Assembly: GCA_964442255.1 (NCBI GenBank)
Contig: CAYTYC010000003.1
Location: forward strand, 7,423 to 71,422
Reading direction: 5' to 3'
DNA from: an uncultured archaeon
Lineage (GTDB): Archaea; Iainarchaeota; Iainarchaeia; Iainarchaeales; 1-14-0-10-31-34
Length of the DNA stretch: 64,000 nucleotides
Within the stretch, counting starts at the first letter, position 1. Each line of letters opens with the position of its first letter. Under the pieces are notes generated by a model. It saw only the letters and a program-made list of their open reading frames with translations. It was not told where the DNA came from and searched no databases. Positions 30,133-40,058 of this stretch are shown here, piece by piece. The position numbers and the translations under genes were made by a program.

Positions 30133-31197
30133 TCAACCGGTTTTTCTTTTTTTTGCGTCATCATTTTCCACGGGTTTTTCTGCTTCCTTTGCCTTTTCTT
30201 TTTTAACGGGTTTTGCCCGGGGCTTGCGCTTCATAATTTTTGGAAGGAAAAGTGAAACCGCAACAAGGATTATTCCTGCGGCCAAAGCGATGAATGAGTA
30301 AAAGGAAACCAAGGAAAGCATTTCCGCAAGCATTCCCTCAAAAAAGGAAGCCATCGCATCCGCAAGCAAGAAAGAGGCGCCCGGGGAAATTTTTTCAGTT
30401 GCATTCATGAAAACCATCCCGGCTGCCTGGGAGGAAAGAAGTCCGGCAAGGCCTGCTGCAAGCGGCGCCAGGCCAAGCCAAAAAAAGGCCAAATTAAGGG
30501 GTGCCCTGTTAAGGAAAAAAAGGAGTGCGATTGAAGCAATCAAAAGAACGGAGAACAGTATTACCGCCTGATTAAGCATTGAGACCGCCTGCCGGAGTTC
30601 AGAGAAAATTTCGGCCTCTGGACCAAGTTTTTCCCTCAAGTCAATTGAATCCGGAACCATTGAATCAATGTCAAACTGGGTTAAAAGCACTGAATAAAGC
30701 GAGTCTACAAACTGGTTTCTTTCCGTTTCATCACCAGGAACGCAGGTGAATGTGGATTCCATTGAAATGCCTGGAATCTCGCCTTCCTTGCATCTCGGCG
30801 CTTTCTCTGCTTCCTCTTCCAGGCAGGTTTTCAGCAGTCCGGGAACTTTTTCCTTTATTTGGATTAAGGAAACAGTGAGTTCAGGCTCTTCCTTTTCCCC
30901 TTTCACATAACCCAAAATATTGGATGCAAGCTCTTTTGCTTTGGCTTTGGCAAAATCCCGGGTAAAGAGCGAGGAAAAGATTTCCTCTTTCCTGTTTTCC
31001 GGCAATCCCGCAAAAGAAAGGCTTCCGCTCAATTCACCAAATAATTTCGAGCTTATGGCGGGGTCATCAGGAACTGCGGCGTATTTTTCCTCATCCAGAA
31101 AGACCGCGGGAAAGCTTGCGCCGTAAACAACAACAAGGAAAGAGATAATGAAAAGAATGACGACAAAAATTGAAAGGATTTTTTTTCCTGCACGCAT
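30133..31197 (-). CDS. hypothetical membrane protein
   Basis: N-terminal TM segment, soluble domain, three C-terminal TM segments. Confidence 0.75.
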   Translation of the reverse strand: MRAGKKILSIFVVILFIISFLVVVYGASFPAVFLDEEKYAAVPDDPAISSKLFGELSGSLSFAGLPENRKEEIFSSLFTRDFAKAKAKELASNILGYVKGEKEEPELTVSLIQIKEKVPGLLKTCLEEEAEKAPRCKEGEIPGISMESTFTCVPGDETERNQFVDSLYSVLLTQFDIDSMVPDSIDLREKLGPEAEIFSELRQAVSMLNQAVILFSVLLIASIALLFFLNRAPLNLAFFWLGLAPLAAGLAGLLSSQAAGMVFMNATEKISPGASFLLADAMASFFEGMLAEMLSLVSFYSFIALAAGIILVAVSLFLPKIMKRKPRAKPVKKEKAKEAEKPVENDDAKKRKTG

Positions 31198-31205
31198 ATT
31201 GAAAC

Positions 31206-32108
31206 CTATTTCTGCTTTGACAAGTATTCAAAGGCGGAGAGCGCTGCCTTGCATCCTTCTCCGGCCGCTACAATGGTCTGCTTAAAGGGAACGCCTGTGA
31301 CATCGCCTGCGGCAAACAGCCCGGGAATGTTTGTCTCCATTTTTTCGTCCACGATTATTTCATTCCACTTGTTTTTTTTCACTCCCCCCGCAAAATCAAC
31401 GGAAGGAAGCCAGCCGATTTCAACAAAAACCCCTTGCACGGCAAGGGAACGCTTTTTTCCGTCCTGCTCGAATTCAATTCCCTCCACAAAATTTGAGCCC
31501 AGAATTTTGGTGGTTTTTGCGTTGGCGTAAAGCTCCACCTTCTTGTTCCCCAAAACCTTTTCCATGATTATTTTTTCCCCGCGTATTTCCGGGTTTATTG
31601 TCAGCAAAAAAATTTTTTCCGCATAGTTTGAGAGCTGAAGCGCGGAATCCAACGCGGAATCCCCTCCGCCCACCACTACAACGGTTTTTCCCGCAAAAAC
31701 GGGCGCATCGCAGGTTGCGCAATAGGTTACGCCCTTTTTTTCAAGCTCTTTTTCCCCGGGAACATTCAGCCTTCGCGGGTTTTTTCCGGAGGCAATTATA
31801 ACCGCCCTGGAGGAGAATTCGCCCGGGGGGGAGGTTATCTTGAATTCCTGCCCTTTCTTTTTGATTGATGAAACCTTTTCCCCTTCCTTCAGCTCAACGC
31901 CGTATTCAAGCATGTGTTCCCTCATTTTCCGGGCAAGCCCTACTCCTGAAATGGACTTTATTCCCGGGTAGTTTTGGGTTTCTCCGCTTAAGGCTGCCTG
32001 CCCCCCAACGTCCCTGCTTAAAACCAGGGTTTTCAGCTTTCGCCTTCCCGAGTATATTCCAGCGGTTAACCCCGCGGGGCCTGCGCCAATTATTATAATG
32101 TCAAACAT
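31206..32108 (-). CDS. trxB: thioredoxin reductase / AhpF-like disulfide reductase
   Basis: GAGPAG, CATCD, GGGDSA and FAAGD motifs. Confidence 0.92.
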   Translation of the reverse strand: MFDIIIIGAGPAGLTAGIYSGRRKLKTLVLSRDVGGQAALSGETQNYPGIKSISGVGLARKMREHMLEYGVELKEGEKVSSIKKKGQEFKITSPPGEFSSRAVIIASGKNPRRLNVPGEKELEKKGVTYCATCDAPVFAGKTVVVVGGGDSALDSALQLSNYAEKIFLLTINPEIRGEKIIMEKVLGNKKVELYANAKTTKILGSNFVEGIEFEQDGKKRSLAVQGVFVEIGWLPSVDFAGGVKKNKWNEIIVDEKMETNIPGLFAAGDVTGVPFKQTIVAAGEGCKAALSAFEYLSKQK

Positions 32109-32362
32109 TTGGAACCCTTCCCGCCATTAAACGACAATTTAAAGTCCTTCACTTGGAACCCTTNNNNNNNNNNNNNNNNNNNNNNNNNNNNNNNNNNNNN
32201 NNNNNNNNNNNNNNNNNNNNNNNNNNNNNNNNNNNNNNNNNNNNNNNNNNNNNNNNNNNNNNNCCCTTCCCGCCATTAAACGACAATTTAAAGTCCTTCA
32301 CTTGGAACCCTTCCCGCCATTAAACGACAATTTAAAGTCCTTCACTTGGAACCCTTCCCGCC
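32109..32362. repeat. 44-nt tandem repeat across an assembly gap
   Basis: Unit TTGGAACCCTTCCCGCCATTAAACGACAATTTAAAGTCCTTCAC; unit starts at 32109, 32153, 32302 and 32346 (some partial); no spacers. Confidence 0.8.
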
Positions 32363-32363
32363 G

Positions 32364-32603
32364 TTATTTGGAGCCTTTGAGTGCTTCCATTATTTTTTCC
32401 TTGTCAAAGCCGACAATTATTGTCCCGTTCACGTCAATTACTGGAACCCCCATTTGCCCGCTTTTCTGGACCATTTCCTTTCCTGCTTCCTGGTCCTTTG
32501 CCACGTCAATGTCCTCAAATTCAACCTTATTTTCCTTGAGGAAATCCTTTGCCATATGGCAATACGGGCAGGCAGGAGTTGAATAAACCTTTACAGCCAT
32601 CAT
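32364..32603 (-). CDS. glutaredoxin/NrdH-like protein
   Basis: YSTPACPYC and GVPVI motifs. Confidence 0.93.
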   Translation of the reverse strand: MMAVKVYSTPACPYCHMAKDFLKENKVEFEDIDVAKDQEAGKEMVQKSGQMGVPVIDVNGTIIVGFDKEKIMEALKGSK

Positions 32604-32725
32604 TACACCTCCGTATGCAAGGATTAAAAGGGGTAAAAAATAAGAATTAAACCCTTTAAAATACGGTAAACTTTTTGGGCAGGGAAGCGGGTTTTTTAAA
32701 GGTAAAAGCCCAAAAGAATATAAGC

Positions 32726-33691
32726 ATGGACACTGAAAAAAGGCTGGAGCTGGCGAAAAAGAATGCGGCAGAGCTTGTGACAGAAGAAGAGGTAAGGGGA
32801 ATTCTTGAGGAAAAACGGGTTCCTGTCACTTACTGCGGATACGAGCCCAGCGGAGAATTCCATTTGGGGCACATGGTAACCGGAAACAAGCTCATTGACC
32901 TGGAGAAGGCCGGATTCAATGTAAAAGTGCTGCTAGCGGACTGGCATGCATGGCTTAACAGGAAAGGGGACTGGGAATTCATTCACGGAACAGCAAAGGA
33001 ATGGGAAAAGCAGTTCAAGGCATTCGGGCTGAAGGACGCGGAATATGTTTTGGGTTCAAGCTTCCAGAAAAAAGCGGAATACATGGAGGATTTGCTTAAG
33101 CTTTCGCATTCCAGCACAATCAACAGGGCGTTGAGGTCAATGCAGGAGATTGCAAGGGAAATTGAAACCGCAAGGGTTTCCCAGATCCTTTACCCCCTGA
33201 TGCAAATAACAGACATAAAGCATTTGAAAGTGGATTTGACTGAAGCGGGAATGGAGCAAAGAAAGATTCACATGCTTGGAAGGGAAATAATGCAGGAAAT
33301 AGGGTGCAAAAAACCTTCCTTCGTGCACACTCCCCTGCTTTCTTCCTTAAGCGGAGGAAAAGGAAAAATGTCCTCCTCGCTGCCTGATTCGGTTGTCAGC
33401 TCAAAGGATTCCGAAAAGGAAGTGGAAAAAAAAGTCGGAAAAGCGTTTTGCCCGGAAAAGCGGGCTGAAGGAAATCCTGTTCTGGAGATAGCAAAACTCG
33501 TGGTTTTTCCCAAAACAAAGGAAATTGAGGTAAAAAGGGACAAAAAATTCGGGGGAAACATTTCCTTCCTTTCTTTTCCGGAACTGGAAAATGAATTCAG
33601 GAAAGGCTCGCTTCACCCAATGGATTTGAAGAAAGCCATCGCAGGGCATTTGAATGAAATCCTGCAGCCTTTAAGGAAGGCGCGCAGGTAA
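32726..33691 (+). CDS. tyrS: tyrosyl-tRNA synthetase (archaeal type)
   Basis: YCGYEPSG, HLGH, YPLMQ, EQRKIH and KMSSS motifs. Confidence 0.95.
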   Translation: MDTEKRLELAKKNAAELVTEEEVRGILEEKRVPVTYCGYEPSGEFHLGHMVTGNKLIDLEKAGFNVKVLLADWHAWLNRKGDWEFIHGTAKEWEKQFKAFGLKDAEYVLGSSFQKKAEYMEDLLKLSHSSTINRALRSMQEIAREIETARVSQILYPLMQITDIKHLKVDLTEAGMEQRKIHMLGREIMQEIGCKKPSFVHTPLLSSLSGGKGKMSSSLPDSVVSSKDSEKEVEKKVGKAFCPEKRAEGNPVLEIAKLVVFPKTKEIEVKRDKKFGGNISFLSFPELENEFRKGSLHPMDLKKAIAGHLNEILQPLRKARR

Positions 33692-33727
33692 GGCTATTTT
33701 AATCTTTCTGGAGTAAATGGTATTAAA

Positions 33728-34816
33728 ATGGGAAAAATCAAGGTTGGAATAATGGGGGTTGGAAACTGCGCAAGCAGTTTGGTGCAGGGATTAGAGTACT
33801 ATAAAGATGCAAAGGGCACGGATTTTATTCCTGGCTTAATGCACACGGAATTGGGGGGCCACAAAATAGGTGAGGCAGAGGTTGTGGCCGCATTTGACAT
33901 TGATGAGAGAAAAGTTGGAAAAGACGTAAGTGAAGCAGTTTTTGCCCCCCCAAACTGCACAACAAAGTTTTCCGGGGTTCCAAAAAAAGGCGTGGAAGTG
34001 AAGATGGCGCCCGTAATGGACGGATTCAACCCGGAGTTAATGGAAAAGTATCCTGAGAACCGGCGGTTTGTTGTCTCAAAGGAAACGCCAGTGGATGTTG
34101 CAAAGGAATTGCAGGAAAAAGGAGTGGAGGTGCTGGTGAACTATGTTCCGGTGGGCTCGGAAAAGGCGGCAAAGTTTTACGCTGAAGAAGCGTTAAAAGC
34201 CGGGTGCGCGTTCATCAACTGCATGCCTGTTTTCATTGCCTCCGACAATAAATGGAGGAAAAGGTTTGAGGAAAAAAGGATTCCCGTATTGGGGGACGAC
34301 ATTAAGTCACAGGTCGGCGCGACAATAGTGCACCGCACGCTGGCAAGGCTGTTTGCGGACCGCGGCACGAAACTGAACCACACTTACCAGTTGAATGTGG
34401 GGGGAAACACGGATTTTTTGAATATGCTGGACATTGAAAGGCTTAAATCAAAAAAGAAAAGCAAGACAGAATCAGTGCAAAGCCAGCTCCCTGAAAAAAT
34501 GGAGGACGAAGACATTCACATTGGTCCGAGTGATTATGTTCCGTGGCTGAAGGACAACAAGCTGTGCTTCATCAGAATGGAGGCAAAAAATTTTGGCGGA
34601 GTTCCGTTCAACATTGAGCTGAGGCTGAGCGTGGAAGACAGCCCGAATTCCGCGGGGGTCGTGATTGACGCGATAAGGTGCGCAAAGCTTGCCTTGGAAA
34701 GAAGGCAGGGCGGCGCAATAATCGGCCCAAGCTCTTACTTCTTCAAGCACCCCCCTGAACAGTTCCCTGACAGCAGGGCCCGCGAGTTAGTGGAAGAATT
34801 CATTAAAGGAAAATGA
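33728..34816 (+). CDS. ino1: myo-inositol-1-phosphate synthase
   Basis: GVGNCASS, GDDIKSQVGAT, NVGGNTDFLN and EDSPNSAG motifs. Confidence 0.95.
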   Translation: MGKIKVGIMGVGNCASSLVQGLEYYKDAKGTDFIPGLMHTELGGHKIGEAEVVAAFDIDERKVGKDVSEAVFAPPNCTTKFSGVPKKGVEVKMAPVMDGFNPELMEKYPENRRFVVSKETPVDVAKELQEKGVEVLVNYVPVGSEKAAKFYAEEALKAGCAFINCMPVFIASDNKWRKRFEEKRIPVLGDDIKSQVGATIVHRTLARLFADRGTKLNHTYQLNVGGNTDFLNMLDIERLKSKKKSKTESVQSQLPEKMEDEDIHIGPSDYVPWLKDNKLCFIRMEAKNFGGVPFNIELRLSVEDSPNSAGVVIDAIRCAKLALERRQGGAIIGPSSYFFKHPPEQFPDSRARELVEEFIKGK

Positions 34817-34867
34817 ATTTTTCCGGAAATGTTACCTTTAAAAACCGCTTTGGACACAATTTTTTTG

Positions 34868-35108
34868 TGGGCTAGGCCGGGGAGTCAGCGGTTCCCTGTA
34901 ACCGGAAATCCGCTTCATGCCGGGGCTGAAGCTTCAGGGGCAGGCGCAGATGCCAGGGCAAATCCCTGTCCGGGCAATGAACCCCTGTCCTCTAAGATTA
35001 ACTGGTATAGTGAACCCCGCCAGGTCCGGAAGGAAGCAACGGTGGCTTTAGCAGTTAATGCTTTTGAGGGTTACGGGGGCAAGCGAGGCCGGGGACTGTT
35101 TGCCCGAA
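34868..35108 (+). ncRNA. archaeal SRP (7S) RNA; ends approximate
   Basis: Helix 8 CCGCCAGGTCCGGAAGGAAGCAACGG at 35017-35042; Alu-like 5' GGCTAGGCCGGGG...CCCTGTAACC; distal GGCCGGGG...GCCC. Confidence 0.9.
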
Positions 35109-35159
35109 CATTTGCGTTTCACTTTGAAGCGTGCCCGCGCTTTTGTTCAGGGGGATTAA

Positions 35160-35495
35160 ATGGAAAAAACCATGGAAATAGAGTTAGAGGAAGGCGAGGA
35201 AATAAAAGCGTCCATAAGAAAGGCTATGCACGAAAACAAGGTCAAAAAATGCGGGATAAAGAAAATGGATGGAATAATAAGGAAAGGGGCGGTCAGGGAA
35301 GAAGGGTCTGGTGAAGAAAAGGAATTCAATGAAGCAGAGGCAATAAGCGCAACCGGAATTTTAAGCCTGACTGAAGGCGGACTGATAGGGGAAATCAGGG
35401 TAGGCGCAAAGAAAGGGTTTTCGTTTTACAGCGGAACATTGACCAAGGGAATTGCCGCGCAAGGCTTTAAGGTGGAAGCCGCTTTTTCGGCGTGA
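35160..35495 (+). CDS. PPC/DUF296-like small protein
   Basis: LEEGEEIKASI...ISATG pattern; size fits; degenerate. Confidence 0.55.
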   Translation: MEKTMEIELEEGEEIKASIRKAMHENKVKKCGIKKMDGIIRKGAVREEGSGEEKEFNEAEAISATGILSLTEGGLIGEIRVGAKKGFSFYSGTLTKGIAAQGFKVEAAFSA

Positions 35496-35529
35496 AATTT
35501 CTTCTTTGGATTTTGGTGTGCCGTGTAGT

Positions 35530-35883
35530 TTAAGGCTTTTTCTTTCCTTTGGGAAGGTTCAGGCTTCCGGCTCCCTCGTAAAGGACTATCGCGGATTTGA
35601 TGAACGAAATCGCCGCAAAAAATGCGAACACAAAGCCTATGGGCAAAAGGAATTCAATCCACTTGCTTCCAAAAAGAAAGGAAAGCGCAAAGGTGTGAAC
35701 TATCACATAGCACACGAAAAAAAAGTTTCCGGCAACAATCCATTGGAAAAGGTAGCGGGAGGGGGCGTCAGGCATTCTTTTTCTTGCCGCAGCAAACCAC
35801 ATCAGCGCAAAAAAGGCTATCAGGCCTGCAACCAGCCCCAGGGAAAGGTTAAATAAATCCGTTCCAGGCATGTTAAGTCTCAA
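35530..35883 (-). CDS. small membrane protein (three TM segments)
   Basis: Three hydrophobic helices. Confidence 0.65.
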   Translation of the reverse strand: MRLNMPGTDLFNLSLGLVAGLIAFFALMWFAAARKRMPDAPSRYLFQWIVAGNFFFVCYVIVHTFALSFLFGSKWIEFLLPIGFVFAFFAAISFIKSAIVLYEGAGSLNLPKGKKKP

Positions 35884-35922
35884 TTAAATAAGGCGCAGGG
35901 TGTATAAAAATCTTTCTCTGGT

Positions 35923-36594
35923 TCAAAGGGAAGAAGAAAGCTCTTCAATCCGCTTTTCAGGTGAAGAATCCTTAACAATTCCGGAGGCAACAAAAACCCC
36001 TTTGGCGCCCAATTCAAGAGATTTTTTCACATCCCGGGAGTTTTTTATCCCCGCGCCCACAATCAGGGGAATTCCTTTTTCAGAAAGGGCTTTGGCGCAA
36101 CCGGAAATTATTTCCGGGCTGGAGGAAGAAACGCTCACATCCCCGCCGATTAGTTCCGCGGGCTCAAATGCGATGAAAGACGGCGCGAATTCGGCTAATT
36201 CTTTTGCGCGCTCAAGGGACTCCGCGCAAAGCATTGTTTTCAGCCCAATTGAGGAGGCGCGTTCAACGGCTTTTTGGATGAATGAATTGCCGCGCCTGTT
36301 TTCCGCGTGATTTAAGGCTGTTCCGGATGCGCCCGCCTCTTTCACTGCCTCCGGAAGAATGCTTCCCGTGAATGCCCCGCATTCCACGGGGTCAATGTGC
36401 TGGGAAAAGATTTTCAGGGAAACCGCCTTGGAGAGAAGGCGGATGTCAGTGGGCTGAACAACCAAAACAATTTCTTTCCCTGTTTTGTTTGCAGCGGCTT
36501 CAGCTTTTTTCGCCAACTCCAGCGCGTTTTTTCCGGTTCCCTCCGCATATGTTTTGAAGTTGATGAACAGCCTGTTCATTTTTTTTCCCTTCAT
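35923..36594 (-). CDS. tpiA: triosephosphate isomerase (archaeal type)
   Basis: INFKTY, QHID, LNHAE, EPAELIGG and GAGI motifs. Confidence 0.95.
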   Translation of the reverse strand: MKGKKMNRLFINFKTYAEGTGKNALELAKKAEAAANKTGKEIVLVVQPTDIRLLSKAVSLKIFSQHIDPVECGAFTGSILPEAVKEAGASGTALNHAENRRGNSFIQKAVERASSIGLKTMLCAESLERAKELAEFAPSFIAFEPAELIGGDVSVSSSSPEIISGCAKALSEKGIPLIVGAGIKNSRDVKKSLELGAKGVFVASGIVKDSSPEKRIEELSSSL

Positions 36595-37904
36595 TTCAGG
36601 ATTTTCTCAAGGGAACTGCTTAAGCCAAAGACCTTTTCCGCCTCTTCGCTTAACGCATAAAGCGAATCCTTTTTTCCCTTGAGTTCGGAAACACTTTTTG
36701 CTCGCTGGGTTGCGCAAATCATGCGCATTTCCTCGGCCATTGCCTCGCAGTATTTTTCCACCCCTTGCTTCTTGTCCGTGTTTGCGGCTATCAGGAAAGG
36801 CCTGGACATTGCGCTTCCGGATGCGCCGAGAAGCATTGCCTTGCAGACGTCAATCCCTGAAGTGTAGCCGCCGGCAAGAAGGATGTCAAATGAAACCTTT
36901 TTATTTAAGGCAGAGAAAACCGCGCCAGAAGGAAGGCCTATTTCATTCATCACCAGCCACGGACTCATTCCAGTCCCTCCGCCAAACCCGTCAATAGTAA
37001 GGCAGCGAATGTCGGCTTTTTCCTCTTTTTTTAGTTTTTCAATCCATTCAATCAGGGAAAGAAGGCCGCGGCCGAAGCCTGTTTTTATCCAAAAAGGAAG
37101 CCCAAAAGAAGAGTATTTTTCAATTAACTGCCTTAATTCCCCAAAAAAAAGGCTTCCGGGAGCGGAATGGCGCTGGAATTTTCCGCCAGGCATTTTCACC
37201 ACATGGTAACCGAGTTTCCTGAACCTTTCGGCATCAGCCTCTGAATCAAATTTTATTTCCCCCCCCAGCCCTTGTTTTGCCCCCTGCCCTATTTTAAGCT
37301 CAATTCCCATTGCGCCGTAGGAAACGGCTTTCTCAAAAATTTCCTGCCTCTGGTCTTCAACATTTCCCTGCACCACAATTGCGCCGTGCTTTCCGTCAAA
37401 GGAGTCAATAAATGGCCTGATTCTTTCCTTCAGGCCTTTTTCCCCGTGTGTTGCAAGCACGTTTTCCCCGATGCTTACCCCAATCCCTGCCCTGGCCGCG
37501 CCTTCCGCAAGGGCCTTTCCCCTTGAATGCGCGACAATGGTTGAACCCATTCCCGCGATTGAAACCGGCACCCTGAAATCAAATCCGCCTATTTTGGTTG
37601 AAGTGTCAACCTCGTGGAAAAAAATCCCTTGCCCTTTAAGCCGGGGAATTATCTGCAGGTCTTCAAGATTGGGGCACACTTTTTCCGCGCCAAACTGGGC
37701 CGTGCCAAAGGGCTCCGGAAAAATGGTTTTGCCTTCCTTCGCCTTTTTGCCTATTTCGCAAATCCCGCACATTATGCATGTTGAACATATTCCGCTTTGG
37801 GTTGCATGATCAGGAAATGCAAGCCTTGTGCGGGAGCAAATGTCCTCATTTGAATGCCTTCTGAAGCCCATTGTGCTGTGGGAACGGTACTTTTCTTCAG
37901 CCAT
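36591..37904 (-). CDS. FMN-binding glutamate synthase family protein
   Basis: ELKIGQGAKQGLGG, TIDGFGGGTG and LAGG motifs; N-terminal CSTCIMCGIC. Confidence 0.85.
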   Translation of the reverse strand: MAEEKYRSHSTMGFRRHSNEDICSRTRLAFPDHATQSGICSTCIMCGICEIGKKAKEGKTIFPEPFGTAQFGAEKVCPNLEDLQIIPRLKGQGIFFHEVDTSTKIGGFDFRVPVSIAGMGSTIVAHSRGKALAEGAARAGIGVSIGENVLATHGEKGLKERIRPFIDSFDGKHGAIVVQGNVEDQRQEIFEKAVSYGAMGIELKIGQGAKQGLGGEIKFDSEADAERFRKLGYHVVKMPGGKFQRHSAPGSLFFGELRQLIEKYSSFGLPFWIKTGFGRGLLSLIEWIEKLKKEEKADIRCLTIDGFGGGTGMSPWLVMNEIGLPSGAVFSALNKKVSFDILLAGGYTSGIDVCKAMLLGASGSAMSRPFLIAANTDKKQGVEKYCEAMAEEMRMICATQRAKSVSELKGKKDSLYALSEEAEKVFGLSSSLEKILK

Positions 37905-38006
37905 ATAACGGAATAACAGCGTTAAAAATAAAAAGGAAAAACAAACAGCCCTGTTTTCGGAAAAAAGGGAAAATAAAAAAACTTTGCGTCAGGAATATTT
38001 GGGAAA

Positions 38007-39911
38007 ATGCTTTACAAGAAAGCGGATTTCAGGCAGCTGCTGGGGCAGTTCAGGCTGGCAAATCCCGGGGCGGAGGAAAAGGAGTTGGTTAAGGCGGAGA
38101 AGATGATAAGGAAAAGCCTTATGGAAAGGGAAAGGCGGGACGGAGAAACCGCTTACCAGCATTCCCTGAACACCGCATCGCTTGCCGCCCAAATAGGGTT
38201 TGACCCTGAAACAATACTTTCTGCACTGCTTCACAACGCCCTGGACCACGGGGAAATTGAAGGCCGGGAAATCGCCTCAAAATTCAGCCCGGAAATAGCT
38301 GCGCTGGTTGAAGAGGTGACAAAAACCAACCAAATTATTTCAAGGAACCGGGAAAATGTTTCCCCGGGAACGTTAAGCAAGGTTGTTTTAAGCGCGTCCA
38401 GGGACATCCGCGCATTGCTTATTCTCCTGTGCGACAAGGTGGAAAACATGCGGTCGCTTGAGGGGCTTTCCGGGGAAGAACAAGTGAAAAAGGCTTCGCT
38501 TGTGTTAAGCCTTTTTGTCCCCATAAGCCACAAGCTGGGGCTAAATGAAATAAAGTGGGAGCTCCAGGATTTGGCGATGAAGGTTTTGAATCCTGAAGCA
38601 TACTTTGAGTTAAAGGAAATGCTCGGGAAAAAAAGGGAGGACCGGGAAAAATGGCTTGCGGAGCTGATAAACGAAATCAGGGGAATGCTGGAGAAAAAAA
38701 AAATCAAGGCAACAATTTACGGGAGAATAAAAAATTTTTACGGAACCCACCAAAAGATGCTGAAAAAAAACAAGCCCATTGAAGAGATAAATGACTTGAC
38801 TGCAGTGAGAATAATCTGCGACACGGAAAAAGACTGCTACTCTGTTCTGGGGGCCCTAAACCAGCACTACACTCCTTTAAAGGGCGGGTTTGACGACTAT
38901 ATCGTCCGCCCAAAACCCAACGGCTACCGCTCAATCCACTCAGACTTCCGGAAAAAAAACGGGGACGTGTTTGAGGCGCAGATAAGGACCTGGAAAATGC
39001 ATGCCGAAGCGGAAGGGGGCGCTGCCGCGCACTGGGCATACAAGGAATACGAAAAGGACAAGGACTTCGACAAAAAGCTCAGCTGGGCGAAACAGCTGGT
39101 CGAATGGGGGAGAAGCTCATTGGAATCAAAGGAATTCCTGAATTCAATCAAACTTGATTTCGGCAGGAAAAAAATCTTTGTTTTCACCCCAAAGGGAGAG
39201 GTTGTGGAGCTTGAGGAATTTTCCACTCCCGTGGATTTTGCTTACTCAATACACAGCGAAATCGGCAACAGGGCACTGAAAGCGAAAGTGAACGGAATGC
39301 TTGTTTCCCTGGACGCCGTGCTGAAAGACGGCGACACCGTTGAAATAATTACATCACAAAAGCAGTCTCCCAGGCGGAGCTGGCTGCATTTCGTGAAAAC
39401 AAGCAAGGCAAGGCAAAAGATAAAGTCAAGCCTTGAATTCAGGGGAATAAAAAGAAAAATAAAGGAAAAACTGCCCTCCACGAAAAGGCAGATAAAAAAA
39501 AGGAGGCAGGAATCCATTAAGCTAAGCAAGTGCTGCAACCCTGTCCCGGGGGACGAAATAATCGCATATCACACGACAAAAAGAAAAATAACAGTGCACA
39601 AGAAGGGCTGCCAGAACGTGAAAAAAATCGCCATTAAAAACAGGTTTTTTGAGCTTGACTGGGGGATAGTCGGCAAAAAGGATTTCAGGGTAGCGGTAAA
39701 AGTCAAAGCCCGGGACAGGCCCAGCCTTCTCACCGATTTGCTGAAAGCCATTTCCAAGGGAAACGCCGGGCTTGTTTCCACGAACGCGAAAGTTGAAAAC
39801 AATGTTGCGATGTGCGAATTTCTTGTGGAAATAAAGGACCAGCTGCAGCTTGAGTTGCTGCTGAAAAGCCTGGGAAAGGTAAAAGGCACAATGGAAGTCA
39901 AAAAAGCGTAA
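38007..39911 (+). CDS. relA: long RelA/SpoT homologue (HD-synthetase-TGS-ACT)
   Basis: DLTAVRII, KPNGYRSIH, EAQIRT, AAHWAYK, VFTPKG (TGS), KCCNPVPGD and DRPSLL (ACT). Confidence 0.93.
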   Translation: MLYKKADFRQLLGQFRLANPGAEEKELVKAEKMIRKSLMERERRDGETAYQHSLNTASLAAQIGFDPETILSALLHNALDHGEIEGREIASKFSPEIAALVEEVTKTNQIISRNRENVSPGTLSKVVLSASRDIRALLILLCDKVENMRSLEGLSGEEQVKKASLVLSLFVPISHKLGLNEIKWELQDLAMKVLNPEAYFELKEMLGKKREDREKWLAELINEIRGMLEKKKIKATIYGRIKNFYGTHQKMLKKNKPIEEINDLTAVRIICDTEKDCYSVLGALNQHYTPLKGGFDDYIVRPKPNGYRSIHSDFRKKNGDVFEAQIRTWKMHAEAEGGAAAHWAYKEYEKDKDFDKKLSWAKQLVEWGRSSLESKEFLNSIKLDFGRKKIFVFTPKGEVVELEEFSTPVDFAYSIHSEIGNRALKAKVNGMLVSLDAVLKDGDTVEIITSQKQSPRRSWLHFVKTSKARQKIKSSLEFRGIKRKIKEKLPSTKRQIKKRRQESIKLSKCCNPVPGDEIIAYHTTKRKITVHKKGCQNVKKIAIKNRFFELDWGIVGKKDFRVAVKVKARDRPSLLTDLLKAISKGNAGLVSTNAKVENNVAMCEFLVEIKDQLQLELLLKSLGKVKGTMEVKKA

Positions 39912-40058
39912 AAACCCGTTTGCTAACTGTCCTTTATAAAAGGGCCAACGACCGCTGTTTTAGGGCGTGATATGGCTCTTTTCCGGTTGTTTCCCTGTGG
40001 CAAGTAAAAACAAAAGGTTTAAATCCTTGAACTGCGATTTATTGTGGGGAAAAATAAA

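Noticed and set aside
32109..32362. CRISPR array
   Set aside because: Units are head-to-tail with no spacers.
34829..35314. 161-aa ORF
   Set aside because: It overlaps the SRP RNA and the next gene.
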